Source of the DNA: Basidioascus undulatus | Lineage: Eukaryota | Length of the DNA stretch: 40,613 nucleotides | NCBI GenBank assembly: GCA_000826855.1 | Contig: JTLS01000032.1 | Location: 1-40,613 of the forward strand | Direction of reading: 5' to 3' | Shown here: positions 22,801 through 35,708 of the stretch, piece by piece | Position numbering within the stretch: position 1 is the stretch's first letter | How the letters are laid out: every line of letters begins with the position of its first letter | Program-made: the position numbers and the translations under genes | Notes under the pieces: generated by a model | Seen by the model: only the letters and a program-made list of their open reading frames with translations | Databases searched by the model: none | Told to the model about the DNA's origin: nothing

Positions 22801-25800
22801 CGTCGTTTGCGTCTCTGGCCGAGATCAGCACAGCCGCGTCCGCCCGCGCAGGCTTCGTACGCCGGCGCGATCTACGGCTAGTCTTCGAGCTGCTGCGCTA
22901 CAACTACGCTTCGCGCATTACGACGCGGCCCGCTTTCCTCGACCGCATCGCTTTCCTCGTCGCCAATTCTTCCCAACGCTCTCGCCACGTTTGGAAGTTA
23001 CTCGGTTTTCTCCGGTTGGTCTTCTTTTTCCCTGTCTCGCTGTGCATTGTTGATCATTCTTCTCTCAGGCATACCTTGCGGCAGCACAAGCGACCCGATC
23101 AACTCCGCGTTTCGGTCGACGAGGCGACGAATTCGGATACGATGGACGAGGAGCAGCTCTTATCGAAGATCACCGAGTTGCTCGGGCACACCGAGTGGGA
23201 GGTCGACGAGCGTGCGGGGGCGGCGATGCTGACGACCAAAGGCCCGCCGCCGCAAGAGGGCGACGAGACTGCCTCGGCGGAGATCGTTCCTACCGACGGC
23301 GCTCCTACCGAGGCGGGCTCGACGGCCGGGCCTGCGGGAGCGCTCGGATTCGCGCAGCGTGTCGGTCCGGCGGTTGTCTCGCTCGGGACGGTCAAGATCG
23401 AGCTCTTCAACAGCGGCAAGGCAGCCAGCCACGCGCTCTGCGGCCCGGTCAGGGTTCGGGCCCAGGGATCAACCGAGCCGGACGCCGCTGAATACGCTCA
23501 TGGCTCGTCTATCCGGCCAGCGGATACCGCGTCCATTCCTCCGCCGCCGACAGCTGCCTTCACCCTCGCCTTGGCCGCAACGATCGAGCGTATCACTATC
23601 GCCGTCACGCCGGCGCTGCTAGCGCTTGTCCGCCACGCCGTGGGCTTGGAGCGCATGCTCAACGCGCAGCATGCACCGCAGCGTGACGCCCGATCTCACA
23701 GCATCCCCCCCACTCCTCCCAGCGCCGATGACGACAAGGCGATCTCGAAAGTCGCGCCCCTTTTCCCGCCGCTGTCATCCGTGGCTGTCGAAATCTCCAT
23801 GCACCTCCGCCGCGTCGACCTCTCCGCGTCAGCCGCCGACCTCGTCGTTTCGGCCTTCGCTCGAAATGTGCACTGCACGACCTCCATCGCCGTTCTCGAC
23901 CCGTCGCGGATAGACTCGCAAGCCGCGGCGCGCCGCCGCTTCCGCACCTCAGTCTTCTTCGCTTGGGATAGCGGTCAGATCGTCGCGAACGAGGGGGCAA
24001 CGGCGGCGCTGCATCCCCGCGATGCCGGTGTTCTCCTCGCACTCGCGAGCAAGAGCGCCCGTGGTCAGGCGGACGCTGCCGAGGGGCTCACCTTCGACGA
24101 TCACGAGCTTCCCGGCAACGCCAGCCCGCCGACGGCTCGCATCATTCTGTCCGTCGAGTCCGTCAGCGGCAGTGTCCCGAAAAGTCTGCTCGCTCTCTAC
24201 CGCTTCTTGGAACATTGGCGTACCGAGCGTCTCCCGTACGTCTGCTAAACGACATGTGACCCTCTTTCGTCGCTAAGCCAGGCCTCTTTTCAGGGCATTC
24301 GATCCGCTCCTGCAAGAGGTCTTCTCATCATTCGAGCGCCCAGCACATCCTACGACCGTCCCAGCGGTCGACGCGACACCGTCGTGGTTCCGGTCGGCCC
24401 ACGTCTCGGCGCAGCTCTTCGTCCGCGCAGTGAATCTCGACGTGCGAACAACGCCCTCGCTCTGGTTTCTTTGGCGCTGGCATGCCGTGCTCGCTCATGG
24501 CACCACGTCTCCGCGCTGCTCGACGCTATCAGGCGCGGCGCAGATCGGCCGCCAGGAGCTGGGCTTCCTCCCCGTCAAGCCGGGCGGCTGGGCAGCTGAA
24601 GGAGAGAATGCGGCGACCTCGATCACGCTTCCTACCCTCCGCGTCTCAGCGAAGATCGTCGAGACTCCCGACCAGCCTACTTCGCGTCGCCTCGCCGGCC
24701 TTGTCGCCCTCGACGGTCTCCATCTCTCGGTCTCCATGGAAGTCCTTGACCGTCTCGTCGCGATCTACTCTCGGATCTCCGCCGACATCGACGACGCTCT
24801 TGATGTGTGGCTCTCGGCGAGAGCAAAACGGCAGCCGCCGGGAGGCATCAGCACGCGCTCTTCCAGGCGCACGGCGTCGTCGGCGGGCCCCGCCTCGACT
24901 TCGGCGATCGCTTACGACGTCAAGTTCGCTTTCCGATCCCTCCGAATCGCTGTGCTCACGCCGTCGGCGCAGAGCACGCTCGAAGCCGCGCTCGTCGAGG
25001 GACGCGTATCTCTAGACCACCCCGAGAGTGGTCCCAACGTCGCCTGGTCCGTAGCCGTCAGGTCGCTTGCTCTTGCGCTATCTCGCTCGCTCGCGCAATC
25101 ACCCGCTCCCGCTTCGCGAGGTCACGAAGGGTTTCAGCGCAGTTACCGTTCGGCTTATGTAGGTGCTTCGCTTTTTTTTTTTTGATGAGCGCTGACTCTT
25201 TCTCGTCTTCACAAGATTGTCGCCGACGTGGCCGTACAGAACTACGCCGCTCCGCTTCCCGACTGTGATCATTTCGAGATCGACGCTTCAGCGTCGCGCC
25301 TGAACCTTCACCTCGGCAAGCTGCACGCGACCATGCTGCCGACTACGCCGGCCGAGCTCGTCGATCTCGCCGATTACTTCGCGACCGAGATCATTACGCG
25401 CAAGAAGGAGCGCGCGCAGGACCTCGAAAACGTCCGCGTCAAGACGCAGCGCGTCCTCGAGCATCTGGACCAACCCGCAGCGGCGCCCCTTCCGGACAGC
25501 GATCCCCTGGCCTGGCTCGACGGACGTGTCGTCTCCGTCCACCTATCTAGTCTCGGTCTCGCTCTCCCGCTCAGCGCGGACACCATCGGCGCTCCGGGTC
25601 GCTATCCCACCGGCGGGCAGGCGAGTCCGGCGTTCCTCATTTCTGCGCCGTCAATCGTCTTCCTCGCCCAGCGAGGCGAGACGGCGTTCGCTACTGTTCG
25701 CAACCTCGAAATCATCTTCGCGAATCAGTGAGTGCGCTGAGTATTTACACACCCCTCCCCGTAACTGATAGGATTGCTGTGCAGGCTCAATCCTTCGCGT

Positions 25801-28800
25801 GAGGACCATTTCTCGGCGAGCGCTCATTTGGACAAGAACAGAATCGTCTTCTCGGGTCCGTTGAGTGTCTCATTTGTGCGATATACCAACTTCTGACTAA
25901 CCCTGTGGGTCGAGCTGCATACAGAAATGCTCGCCGAAGTCCACTCCGAAAAGACCGCATCTGGTCGGCAAGTCACGATCGCTTCTCGCGTGTCGGGCTT
26001 CTCTCTCGGGCTGGACCCGTCCGTCGTCGACCACGCGTTCTCACTCATCGACGTCGCGACCGAATCCCAGAAACGAGCGCGCGACATCGCAGAAGTCGCC
26101 TTCTTGGCCGAGGCGGCGGAATCGGGGACGTCCGAAGCGCACACCCGCGCGTCGTCAGCCGCGGAGACGAGACGAGCGGAGGAGAAGACAGCTTTGACCA
26201 TCCGTGCAAGCTTCGAGTCGCAGAGCGCGAGAGTCTCCCTTTACCCATCCGTCTACCACCCCCCGTCACGGACGTCGACCTTTGGGCGGGCGTCCGGCAG
26301 CAGACGCCACCATCGCGCTCAGTCCGTTCCGACTTTCGCTTCCCTATCCTGTCCTTCTCCCTCGGCCTCGCCGCAGTTCGAAACGACCGGCTTCGATACC
26401 CTAGCCGCGCCCGACATCATTACTCTCCCGAACGTTACGCTTTCGGTCGCCTACGATGACCCGGCGGCCGAGACGTCGCATCCCTCTCTTTCTATCACCA
26501 CCCTCATACACTCTTCGTACAACGTCATCAAGCCGACCGTCCTTCCCTTCATCGTCCAGACCGTGCGCAACGTCGAGCGCCGCCTGCAACACTCGCCTGC
26601 GCCGGACAGTGCACGCACGAGCGAGGAGCGACCGCCCAGCGGGCCCGCAGCCGGACCGAGCTCTCGTCGGTTGTCCGAGCGATCGGTGGAGCGGGCGAGT
26701 GTCAAAGACATCCGGGCTGTCATCAGCGACGCCGAACCCGCCTTCGGAACAGCGAGCATCGCGTTCTCGCTGCAGATCGACACGTCTGAACTGCGACTCG
26801 AGGTCTCGCCCTCGCTCTACTTCGCACTGAGCTGGCGCAAGGGCGGATTCCGTACGTGTGCTCTTCAATCTGCCTGTAACTCGCAACTGACTTTTGAATT
26901 TACGTAGTCTTCACGACCCGCGGCGGCTCTCAGGGTGGCGCAGTCGTTTGCGTTATTGAAGGCGTCGTCGGCGCCCTGCAGCACACGGCTCGCGATAAGG
27001 CGCACGCGAGCGTGTCCGGCGAGATCCAGGGCCTCCGGATAGCCGGCTCGGTCGCCAAGCGTCAAGATTCGCACGGGCGTCGGTACAACGCGCTTTCGGT
27101 CGAGGTGGACGGCGAGATCATCTTCGCAACCTCCGTCATCCACCTGGGCGACGTCTTTCTCTTCCAACAAATCTGGCTCGACCGCATGCCGTCGGCTCCG
27201 TCTTCGCGCCCGACCGCGGACGCTGCACCGTCGCCTGCGCCCCCGGCCGAAGAGCAGCGCATCCTCGCCGCTGTGCTTGTCCGTCTACGCTCCGTCAAGG
27301 CTACCGTCGACCTCGGCTCCTCGCTCGGCAAAATGTCGGCCGAAATCGCGCCCGTGCTGCTTCGTATCCGCGCGGCGGAGTCGCGCTCGCTCACTCTGAC
27401 GCTCGGCGAGATTCGGCTCACGTCTCAGGGACGTCTGGCCGGACGCGCCTCGATACGTTCGATGTCTTTCGAGACGCAGATCGTCGACCCAGCGAGCGTC
27501 GATAAGGCCGAGAACTCAAGCATGCTCCAGCTTCAGATCGCGACGGGCACGATGGATGCGAACTTCACGTTCGACCGACGGCGCCTTCTACTCCTTGAGT
27601 ACGTCCAGTAAACGCCACGAGCCTTGCTTCGGAATTGATCCAAAATATATTGCAGGATCGAGCCTCTGACTATCGGCATCAGCGACGACATCGCGGAGGC
27701 TGCCGCCAAGGCGGACCTGGTCCAGCTCCGTCTAGCGTTCACCGTCGCGCTCGGCGCCGTCCGCGTGATCGCGACAGTCCAGACGGTACCGACTCTCGTT
27801 ACGGAGGCGCTCCGCATCTCGGCGACTATCACGAAGGCGCGCAAGTCCGCGTCGAGCAAGCTTCCTTCCCCGCGAGTCACGCAGGAGGCGAAGCTGTCGC
27901 ACGCGGCTAAGTCGGCTCTCCACCGAGGATCCACGCCGGCGACTCTTGCCGACCCCTCGACCGTCGCCGTCGTCCAGCGCCTGATCTTCACCGCCAACCG
28001 CATATCGCTCGCGATCTTCGAGTCCGACACGGCCGTCGTCCACGCCGAGACGGGCCGGTTCAACGCTGAGCTCCTCCGCGACGTTGACGAGGGCCGCGTC
28101 CACCGCAAACTTTCGCTCTCGCTCGACCTCTTCAAGCTGTACTGGGTTGACATGAAGCGTGTCACGCACGCGCAGCTCGAGACGGACAATGTCGCGGCAC
28201 TTTTGCTCCTCATCACCGGCGCTTCCGACTCGCGCGTTCTCCTCGGCTTCCCAGCCGCGCACTGCATCATGGAGTCGGATCAGGCGACGGGAAGCTTGCG
28301 GCTGCTTTACAAGTTTTACCTGACGTACGTCTCCCTCTGCGGTCCTTCTCGCATCTCAGAAGCCTCGCACTCACCCCGTCGCACCCAGCTATCCGACCGG
28401 CCAACAAGTCGAGGTCACGCTCAACCTCGCCCGACTTCACAACCTGCTCGGTTTCAAGAACTTGTTCCAGGTACGCGGGTGGTGCGTTTTAGAAATCCAG
28501 TGGATGTGCTGATGGGAGCTTTCCGCAGGAACGACTTGCGCTGGCGATCGAACGGGGCTCGGGCGCAGCTATCCGGACCAACACGGGCGGCACCGACGCT
28601 TCGTTCCCTTCGGCACCTTCCTCGCCTGCTGTACCTCCTGCTCCGGCCTTCTCTTCCATCGCTTCGCCAACGATCCCCGCGCCGCCCGCGGCGGCCGACG
28701 CTCCCCCGTCCACCACGGGTATCTTGAACGCCGTCAACCTCGAGTACATCCCGCTCGTGCTCGAGGTGCAGAACCCAGAGGTGCGTATACGTCTTCGCGG

Positions 28801-29122
28801 TGTTAAGTACTTCTACTGACTTGATTTGCTTGTGCAGCTTCGCTATCTCGGCGAAGCGACCCCGTCGACGGACTGGTTCGGCCTGAAGAGGGCGAGCTTC
28901 CCGCGGTACTGCCACAGCTTGATCACGCTGCCGCTCGAAGGTGCGTTATCAGCAACGGGGACTGAAACCTGGAATGAGTCTGACGTGGTCTGTATTCTTA
29001 AAGGCGTGGTCAATACGCTCTTCAGCGTCTACGTCCGTCAGCTCCGGTCGAGCGTCATCCCTGCTGCCGAAACAGAGTTCGCCGTACACGATGAGACGGA
29101 GGGTGGCGAAGCGGCTCGCTGA
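16892..29122 (+). CDS. CSF1: Csf1 / BLTP1 (KIAA1109, Tweek, LPD-3)-like bridge-like lipid transfer protein, ~12 kb with dozens of exons
   Basis: N-terminal TM helix (NWLFLVESIVVVFLALFYFFY), then FSLLAGRLLFKDLRY, IHQGNITWRYWFWRVR, EGVEWFLYNRTPAYD, LPIEIRTTKGAVVLGNDATPSV, YYADVVG, PEWGVD, IHYGPWADRQR, LRLPFREQSKDWEY, RPYGWLD, DLAKDWSSGP...FVPFRY, HRLFGPQPATATYLCLW. C-terminal PxLRYLGEATPSTDWFGLKR. These are characteristic of fungal Csf1. Confidence 0.93.
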
Positions 29123-29521
29123 ATCGTGGGTTTCTTTTCCCCTTGTCTTCTTCGTCTTTCTCTCTTTTTTCTTTCCTGGACACTCTCAGACTCGCTGTTG
29201 TCAGATACCTTTGCTATTCTAATCACCATGTCTCCTCGCAACGCATTTTCACATACCCTGTACTCTGCACGCAACGTGATTTCATGCTTCATTTATAATG
29301 CTTGTTCGCCGTCTGACTGAGGCCAGACTGCAGGGTGATGTTGCTGTTTCTCTTTTAACATTTTCGGATAGACATACGTGCCCCGAGCGGTGTTGTACCT
29401 GAGAAGATCGTGGCCGCCGGCTGGTTTGACGCGCTGCGCCCGCGATGTCGCGTCTTGACCTCGTACCACGCTCATGCCTGCAAGGCGACGTCCTCGGTTA
29501 CGACCATGCTACGACAACATC

Positions 29522-31063
29522 ATGATTTACTCGATTTCTCTTCCACTCTTTCTTCTGCCGTTCCTAGCGTCCGCACAAAACTCTACGAGCTCAACGACTC
29601 TCGCACCGCCCGCGACGCACACGTCAAGCGCTGGGCCTGGCGAGAGCGGCCAGTACTTCGCCCTTCCCGCCTCCGACACTCCGCGCTATATCACGCTGTC
29701 GTCCTGCAGCCAAAGCGGGAGCAGATTGACTCTGTTCGCCTCCAACGACTCCAGCACCAGGCGCCCGAGCAAGGCAGTCGATGGCGCTGTGGCCGAGCTG
29801 GCAGTGGACGGTGGACGGGTGGGCGGGCTCGAGGTGCAAGGGGCGGACGGAGTCTGGATAGGCGTGTATGGCCGAGGCGATAGCGCTTGGGAGCTGGGGG
29901 CCTACGAAGCGGGTGAGTATTTTTCTGTTGGGCTAGCGAATCTTACGTCAATGGGGATGGAGCTCAAGATCGTGCCGGTCTGCAGACTTAGCTCTACCTT
30001 CGCCTTCCAGATCGCTTTATTTCGAAGACTCAGACGCTACCTCCGCGCTCCTTACTTCCCTCGTAGAGGGCACCTCCTCCGACATATCCGCTTTCATCCT
30101 CCCCGCCAACACCTCACTGCCGTCTTCTCCTTCTCGCTGTCTTCTCCGCTCGCTCGTACCCGATACCCTCGCCGTCAACTCGAGCACGACCCAACGTGGC
30201 CTGGGGACCGCCAATCGTACTCAGCTAGAGGTCACCGGCCTCGAGCGAGGCTCAAACTACTCCGCTTGGATGCACGAAGGCGTAGAGGGCGGGCATTGGT
30301 GGGAGCCGGTATATTTCCAGACGAAGCGAGGTTCGTCTGACTTTGTGATTATTGCGCATATCCGGAGCAGGGCTGACGCGGCGGATGTGTGGACATAGCC
30401 GACAACTGCCGGTTGCTCCATTCCTTACCCTTCTGTCCGAACCTCGCCCAAGCCGTCCCCGCTCCTCCCAACATGTCCACCAACGACCTCATCTCCGCCT
30501 ACAACTCAAGCCTCTCCCCCAATTTCCGCAACTTCAACCTCTCGCTCTCCATTTTTCCTTGCGGGCAGAGCATGTATAGCTACATCAAGACGTGCGACGA
30601 CTGCCGCGCCGCGTACCGCGACTGGGCCTGCGCGGCGGTCATGCCGCGCTGCACCGACGCCTCCGCCGCGTCCTCCGTCGACGTGAATGTCTCGCCCGTC
30701 CTCCGCGGCGGCCCGAGCGGCAACGCCAGTCGCTCGGCCGTCGTCCGGGGCTTCGACGGCCTCGGCGAGTACGCCGAGACGCTCCCCTGCATCGAGCTCT
30801 GCCAGGAGGTCGACCGCGCGTGCCCGCCCGCGATGAGCTTCCGCTGTCCGCTCGCGGGCATCACCGCCGAGCGCTCGTATTCGTCTCTCGAGCCGGGCAC
30901 GTTCGCCGCCGTCAGTCGCTACGGGGACGTGCGGTGCAACGCGATGGGCATCGATCTCGTCTTGACTGCGGCGAACGGGTCGCTCGAACTCTACGGGCCG
31001 TGGAGGGCTGCGGCATGGGCGCTTTCTCCTTTCATGGTTGTGCTTCTTGGGATATCTCTCTAG
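29522..31063 (+). CDS. MID1: Mid1, Cys-rich regulatory subunit of the Cch1-Mid1 Ca2+ channel (3 exons)
   Basis: Signal peptide MIYSISLPLFLLPFLASA and several N-glycosylation sequons. C-terminal Cys-rich domain NCRLLHSLPFC...FPC...YSYIKTCDDCRAAYRDWACAAVMPRC...ETLPCIELCQEVDRACP...FRCP...CN, followed by a hydrophobic tail. Confidence 0.9.
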
Positions 31064-32669
31064 TGTTCTCCTCTTGGCTTGCTTGCATACTTTCTTTCCT
31101 CTTTCGCACTGGGATACTCGCTGCTTTCGCACCGTTTTGTCATACGATACCCGCGTAGATGCCGTACTCCGACTGCTGGCTTCCATCGTTAATTGTTGGC
31201 ATCATGCTCACTAGCGATGTATCAATGTCCAGTCCAGTTGTGCAAGAACGTCTAGTCCACCCCTTCTCCATCCGATACCAACGTGTCCGAGTCATCCGTA
31301 ACGATGGCCGATTCAAGCAGCGGTGCTAACCGAAAGCCCCTACACAGGCAGCGAACGCAATCCAGCCTGTGCACCATTGCATGTCGTTTGTTTCAGCGTT
31401 TCATACCGGGGAACGACGAGAACGCACAATTTTGACTTGGTACATTGGCCAGCGGGAATAACCCATAACATCGTCAAGAGAACCCCGTCTTCTAGCTGGG
31501 ACATCTCTGCAACCATGAAGTTGCCTGTGGAGGAACCCAGGAGGAAAAGGACTCCGTGAGAGTCGGGGTTGGTACGTGTGGGCGACCTGCGGACCGACAG
31601 TGCCATGTCCGGTCAACGCTGCTTGCGCTATCGCGGACCACAACGACTTGCCACACCAGCCATACAGGGATGCTTACCTCGGCGCTTTGGTCTGAATGCG
31701 TGCAGCCAGCTCATGGGCGTTTGCCTCTTGTACGACCGTCTCGAGCATCAGCCTTCTGGGCTGGCCGCGCCGTCGAGGCTTCGTGCAGACCGCCACGCCC
31801 CCGTGGTAGTCGGCATCGCTCCAGCCAGACGCTGACTCTACGATGTAGGTGCTGAAGAGCTGGGTTTCCATGATGACAGGTGACGGGAGGGATAAGCTGG
31901 AGAGGGTGGTACGTGCTCGACTGCCATGGCTCTTAGCCTCTGAGTGCGGCGGAAGCGGAATCGAAGACTGGAGGATGCACCCGAGGGTGGAAAGCTTGTT
32001 AATAATCCCGTCGGAGGGATCAGGGATCAGCACGCCATGGCAGCGGAAGCGCAGCGTTTACCTTCGGCTTGACGTTCACAGCGCCGAGAACTCCCGAGAA
32101 CGCAAGGTAATCTCTGGGGAAACAAAAGCACATCGGCAAAGGCCAAAGGGGATGCAGCCAGATAAACAGTAAAAGAAACAGTGCTAACCACCGCTGCGGA
32201 CACTGCCATTGCCGTTTCTTTGTTGAAAGTGCGGACAGCGCGAAGGCAATCCCGGCACAATGCAAAGAAGGTTGCCTCACGAGCGGCTCTCTGTCACCGC
32301 CTCGGCTCGGAAGCGTGTGGATACGGCAACCTTATCAGGTGTCCCCATCAACAGCATCAACAGGTGCAAATTCCGTAAGGGCGATATATCGGCGGGACAC
32401 CAACCAAACAGCTAAGGGAGGATGCAAAGAAACAAGACACAGCTGCGCACCTCATCACAAACCAACAAGTCTTGTTGCAGACCACCGCCGCGTGAGGAAA
32501 GCCTGTTCCGAGGGAGCCACCCTGCATTCAAACAAGAGCGGGCACAGCGTCTATGAGCAGTTGACGACAAGCACAGTGGCGAGCATGCAAGCAGTTTGTT
32601 TCGAGAAATGCAAAGAGTATAGGCTACTTCGACAGTCGGTCATCGCAGATCAGGAAAGTAGCAAGCGGA

Positions 32670-35600
32670 TCAAGATTTCGACTGTTCTTCCCCATCGTTG
32701 CCCGATATAGTGGCTCCCGTCCCGCCAGCGACCGCAACTATAGCAGGGACGCTTTTGAAAGCGCCGCGCGCGCCGGTCGGAGTAGGAGGTCTCGACAAGG
32801 AGCGTGCGGCGGATGTTCTGTTAGCCAGCATTTGCAGCGCCGCCAGGCGCTCCTCGGGCTGTCTAGGTGACGTCGTCGGCCGAGCGGACGCAGTAGGCGG
32901 AGTGGGTGGCTGCGCATCGGTGGGGACTGCGACGAGAGCTGGGACGAAAGGCTCAGGGTCAGGCGCGGGCGCCTTCGAAGCGGCTGTCGCTGCCTGTGCG
33001 ATGGGCGGAAGCATCGACTGGAAGACCGGAGAGGCGGCAGCGCGGCTCGACGGAGCAGTCGCTGCGCCTGCTGCAGACCCGGCTGCAGCGTCGCCAGACG
33101 AGGTGTTTGGGCGGTCTGCGGGGACTTTGCCATCGGCGCTGCGACGACGCCCCGGAGCGGACGAGGAGCGGCGCATGCCGTGCTTGAGTGACTGAACGTT
33201 GAAACTGAGCTTGCTCGTCGACTTGAGCGGCTCTTGCAAAGGCTTGTGCGCAGCGAGGGCGGCGATCGCCTCGGCCGGCATGTACTGGCTCGCGCTGTGA
33301 TCGACCTCGCTGGTCTCGTCCGGATTGGAGTCGTATTCGTCCCAGATCTCTAAGAAGTCAGGCGGAAATATCACCGGAGTATGTGGAAACTCATTAGCGT
33401 GCGTCTTACCTTCTTGCAAGACCTCTGCGTGACGGGAAGACCATAAGCAGCGAACGAAAGGGCGTGTTTCGCAAAGTACGCACCCTCAATCACGTCTTCC
33501 AAGGTGATAAGACCAACAGGCTCGCCCTCGGGGATATCAGAGCCCTAAGAACCGAGACGTCAGGGACCGCAGATCCGGAAAGAACAGTCAATCTCACCTC
33601 CTCGTTTACCATCGTCTGCGCGTCCGTCATCGTCCGAGCGTCCAGGCTGTGATCCGCTTGCGGCGAGGTGGAAGACTTCTCGTTCAGCGACGTCGAGGAA
33701 GACACATGCCGAACGACGTGGGCAAGGCGATGGAAGAAGCCGTCCTTGTCCTTGTCCTTTCCACTTTCGTCGGTCGAAGCGGTACTCGAGGCATCGTCCA
33801 GAGACGGTGCCGGTTTCGCAGCGTGACGAACGATTGCCCTTGAAAGTTGGAAATGGGGGAAAATAAAAGAATGATGTGCTTTGTGAGGACGGAACGAAAG
33901 CGTACATGTGACTCCGCCCACCCTGGAAATCGTTGAGCAAGTCCAGAAGCGGCCTCGTCGACGGGACGGAGGGGATCTGGTTGAGCGGCAGGTTGCGCAA
34001 CGGCGTGGCGTCTTCCGGGTCGAGGAGCACGCACTGGATAGATCATATCTATTAGCGCCACGGTATTCCAATGCCATCCCGACAGCAGAATCTTACCTGC
34101 TTGACAAGCAACGCGCCGACGATGCTCTTCCCGCCGTCGGGCAAGTCCTCGTAAACCGGGACCCGACTGTGGCCGGTTCGGACGACCTCGGAGAGCGTAG
34201 GGTAGTCGAGCTTTGCAGTGATGGGAAGCATGAAGACGCGGTCGATTGGGGTCATGGCATCCGTCGCAGTCTGAGCGCACAGTTGGTACATGTCAGGCTG
34301 AGAGTGTCCGAATGGTGTGAAAGTGAGAATGCGATTTACCTTGGCTTGAAGATCCAAGGCACCACCGACAATTGCGACCGTGTCGGTTTGAAGATCACCG
34401 CCGTACGCAGCGGTCTGGGCGTGCAGATTGATGAGCTCCTTCAACTCTGCGGCCGAAAGCACCCCGTCAATGCCGGTCGCAAAGTAAGGCGTTGCTGCCC
34501 TTGACTGACCTCCGCGCCGGTACACAATACCCTGGTGAGCGCCGAGAACGTAGTGCAGTAGCCTCGAAATGGGCCACGCAATAGGATACTGTTTACTCTT
34601 CTTAGCACTTTGTGATGATGCAAGGAGCGGTGGACGGAATGCAGTTTACCAGGATCCAGATGAGAACCTTCGTCGGCCAGGCCATCTTAGCGCAGATGAC
34701 GAGACCATACCGAGTACAAACAGACTGGGGTACGAGCTGAACAGTTCTAGTCATACGTCAGCGAGATGTCTACCAGTGGGGGAGACCGCCTCCATTACCT
34801 CTGAGAAAAGAAACACGAGCACGAGCGAGACGACGATGGCCTGCGCGCCACCGCCGAGGAGCGGATCCGCAATGATAGGCAATGTCTAGAGTGCCGGCAC
34901 ATGAGATTGTAGACATGTGAGGAAACGAGCCTCAGACACATACCTCGTTCACAGCCTGCGAGCACAATGCGGCAGCGACGCGTCAGTCGATGATTGCCTG
35001 ACTACTTTCCAGATTCGAACGTACCATGTTGAGGAGAATGAGGGTGGTCTATGGTATATCGAATCATAAATCTGTGAGAAAGTACCGTGTAGACTCGGCT
35101 TACCAAGAGAAGATGCGAGTCCTTGCGGATGGGCTCGATGGCCTGCGCGTACTCGCGCTGCTTCGGCGTGCCGGTCTTCTTGAGCACCTCGATCATGGTC
35201 ATGCTAGAAGCAAAGGAATTCAGTTTCACATGGGACTGTTGATCTGCAGAAAAAGGCACTCGATGCTGTGCACAGTTGCCGATCGCGTAAAGCGGGTGTA
35301 TTCTCCTGTCAGCTCTGACATTCCGGGACACGAATGGGCAAAGGTATCACCTGAAGTATCCGAGGGTCATGCCGGCAGCCCATCCAGAAATCAGGACAAG
35401 TACGGGGATCATACATGCCTGTAACCACCGATTCCCATGGATCAGCTCCAGTTTAAGGCGCCCGCAGCTGCCGCCCCTGGAGAGGTTCCCCAGCAAGCAA
35501 CGATACGGACCTCGACGATGAAAGTCGCGCCATGCTTTTTGTGACCCTCCGCCGCTTCCTCCCTCTTGGAGAAAGTAAAGGGATCGTCCGAGAAGGATGG

Positions 35601-35708
35601 TGGCGGCGAGCCGCTTATCTTGCCGAGCGGCAGGGCGGCGGCGAGTCCACCAAGGAGAAGCAGGATAAAGAACGAGAGTACGGATCGGGCGGCATGGTGA
35701 TTGACCAT
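32670..35708 (-). CDS. MAM3: CNNM/CorB-family DUF21 + CBS-pair membrane protein (Mam3-like), multi-exon
   Basis: Spliced sequence reads LVLISGWAAGMTLGYFS(ID), IEPIRKDSHLLLTTLILLNMAVNETLPI, FSELVPQSVCTRYGL, YPIAWPISRLLHYVLG, ELKELINLH, IVGGALDL, DAMTPIDRVFML, GHSRVPVYE, LLNDFQGGRSHMAIV, GLITLEDVIEEVLQEEIWDEYD. These are the canonical CNNM motifs. Confidence 0.92.

Noticed and set aside
17000..31200. Long antisense or alternate-frame ORFs overlapping CSF1 and MID1 (e.g. 27533-28270 -, 30506-31186 -)
   Set aside because: Shadow ORFs expected from high-GC codon bias opposite real exons.
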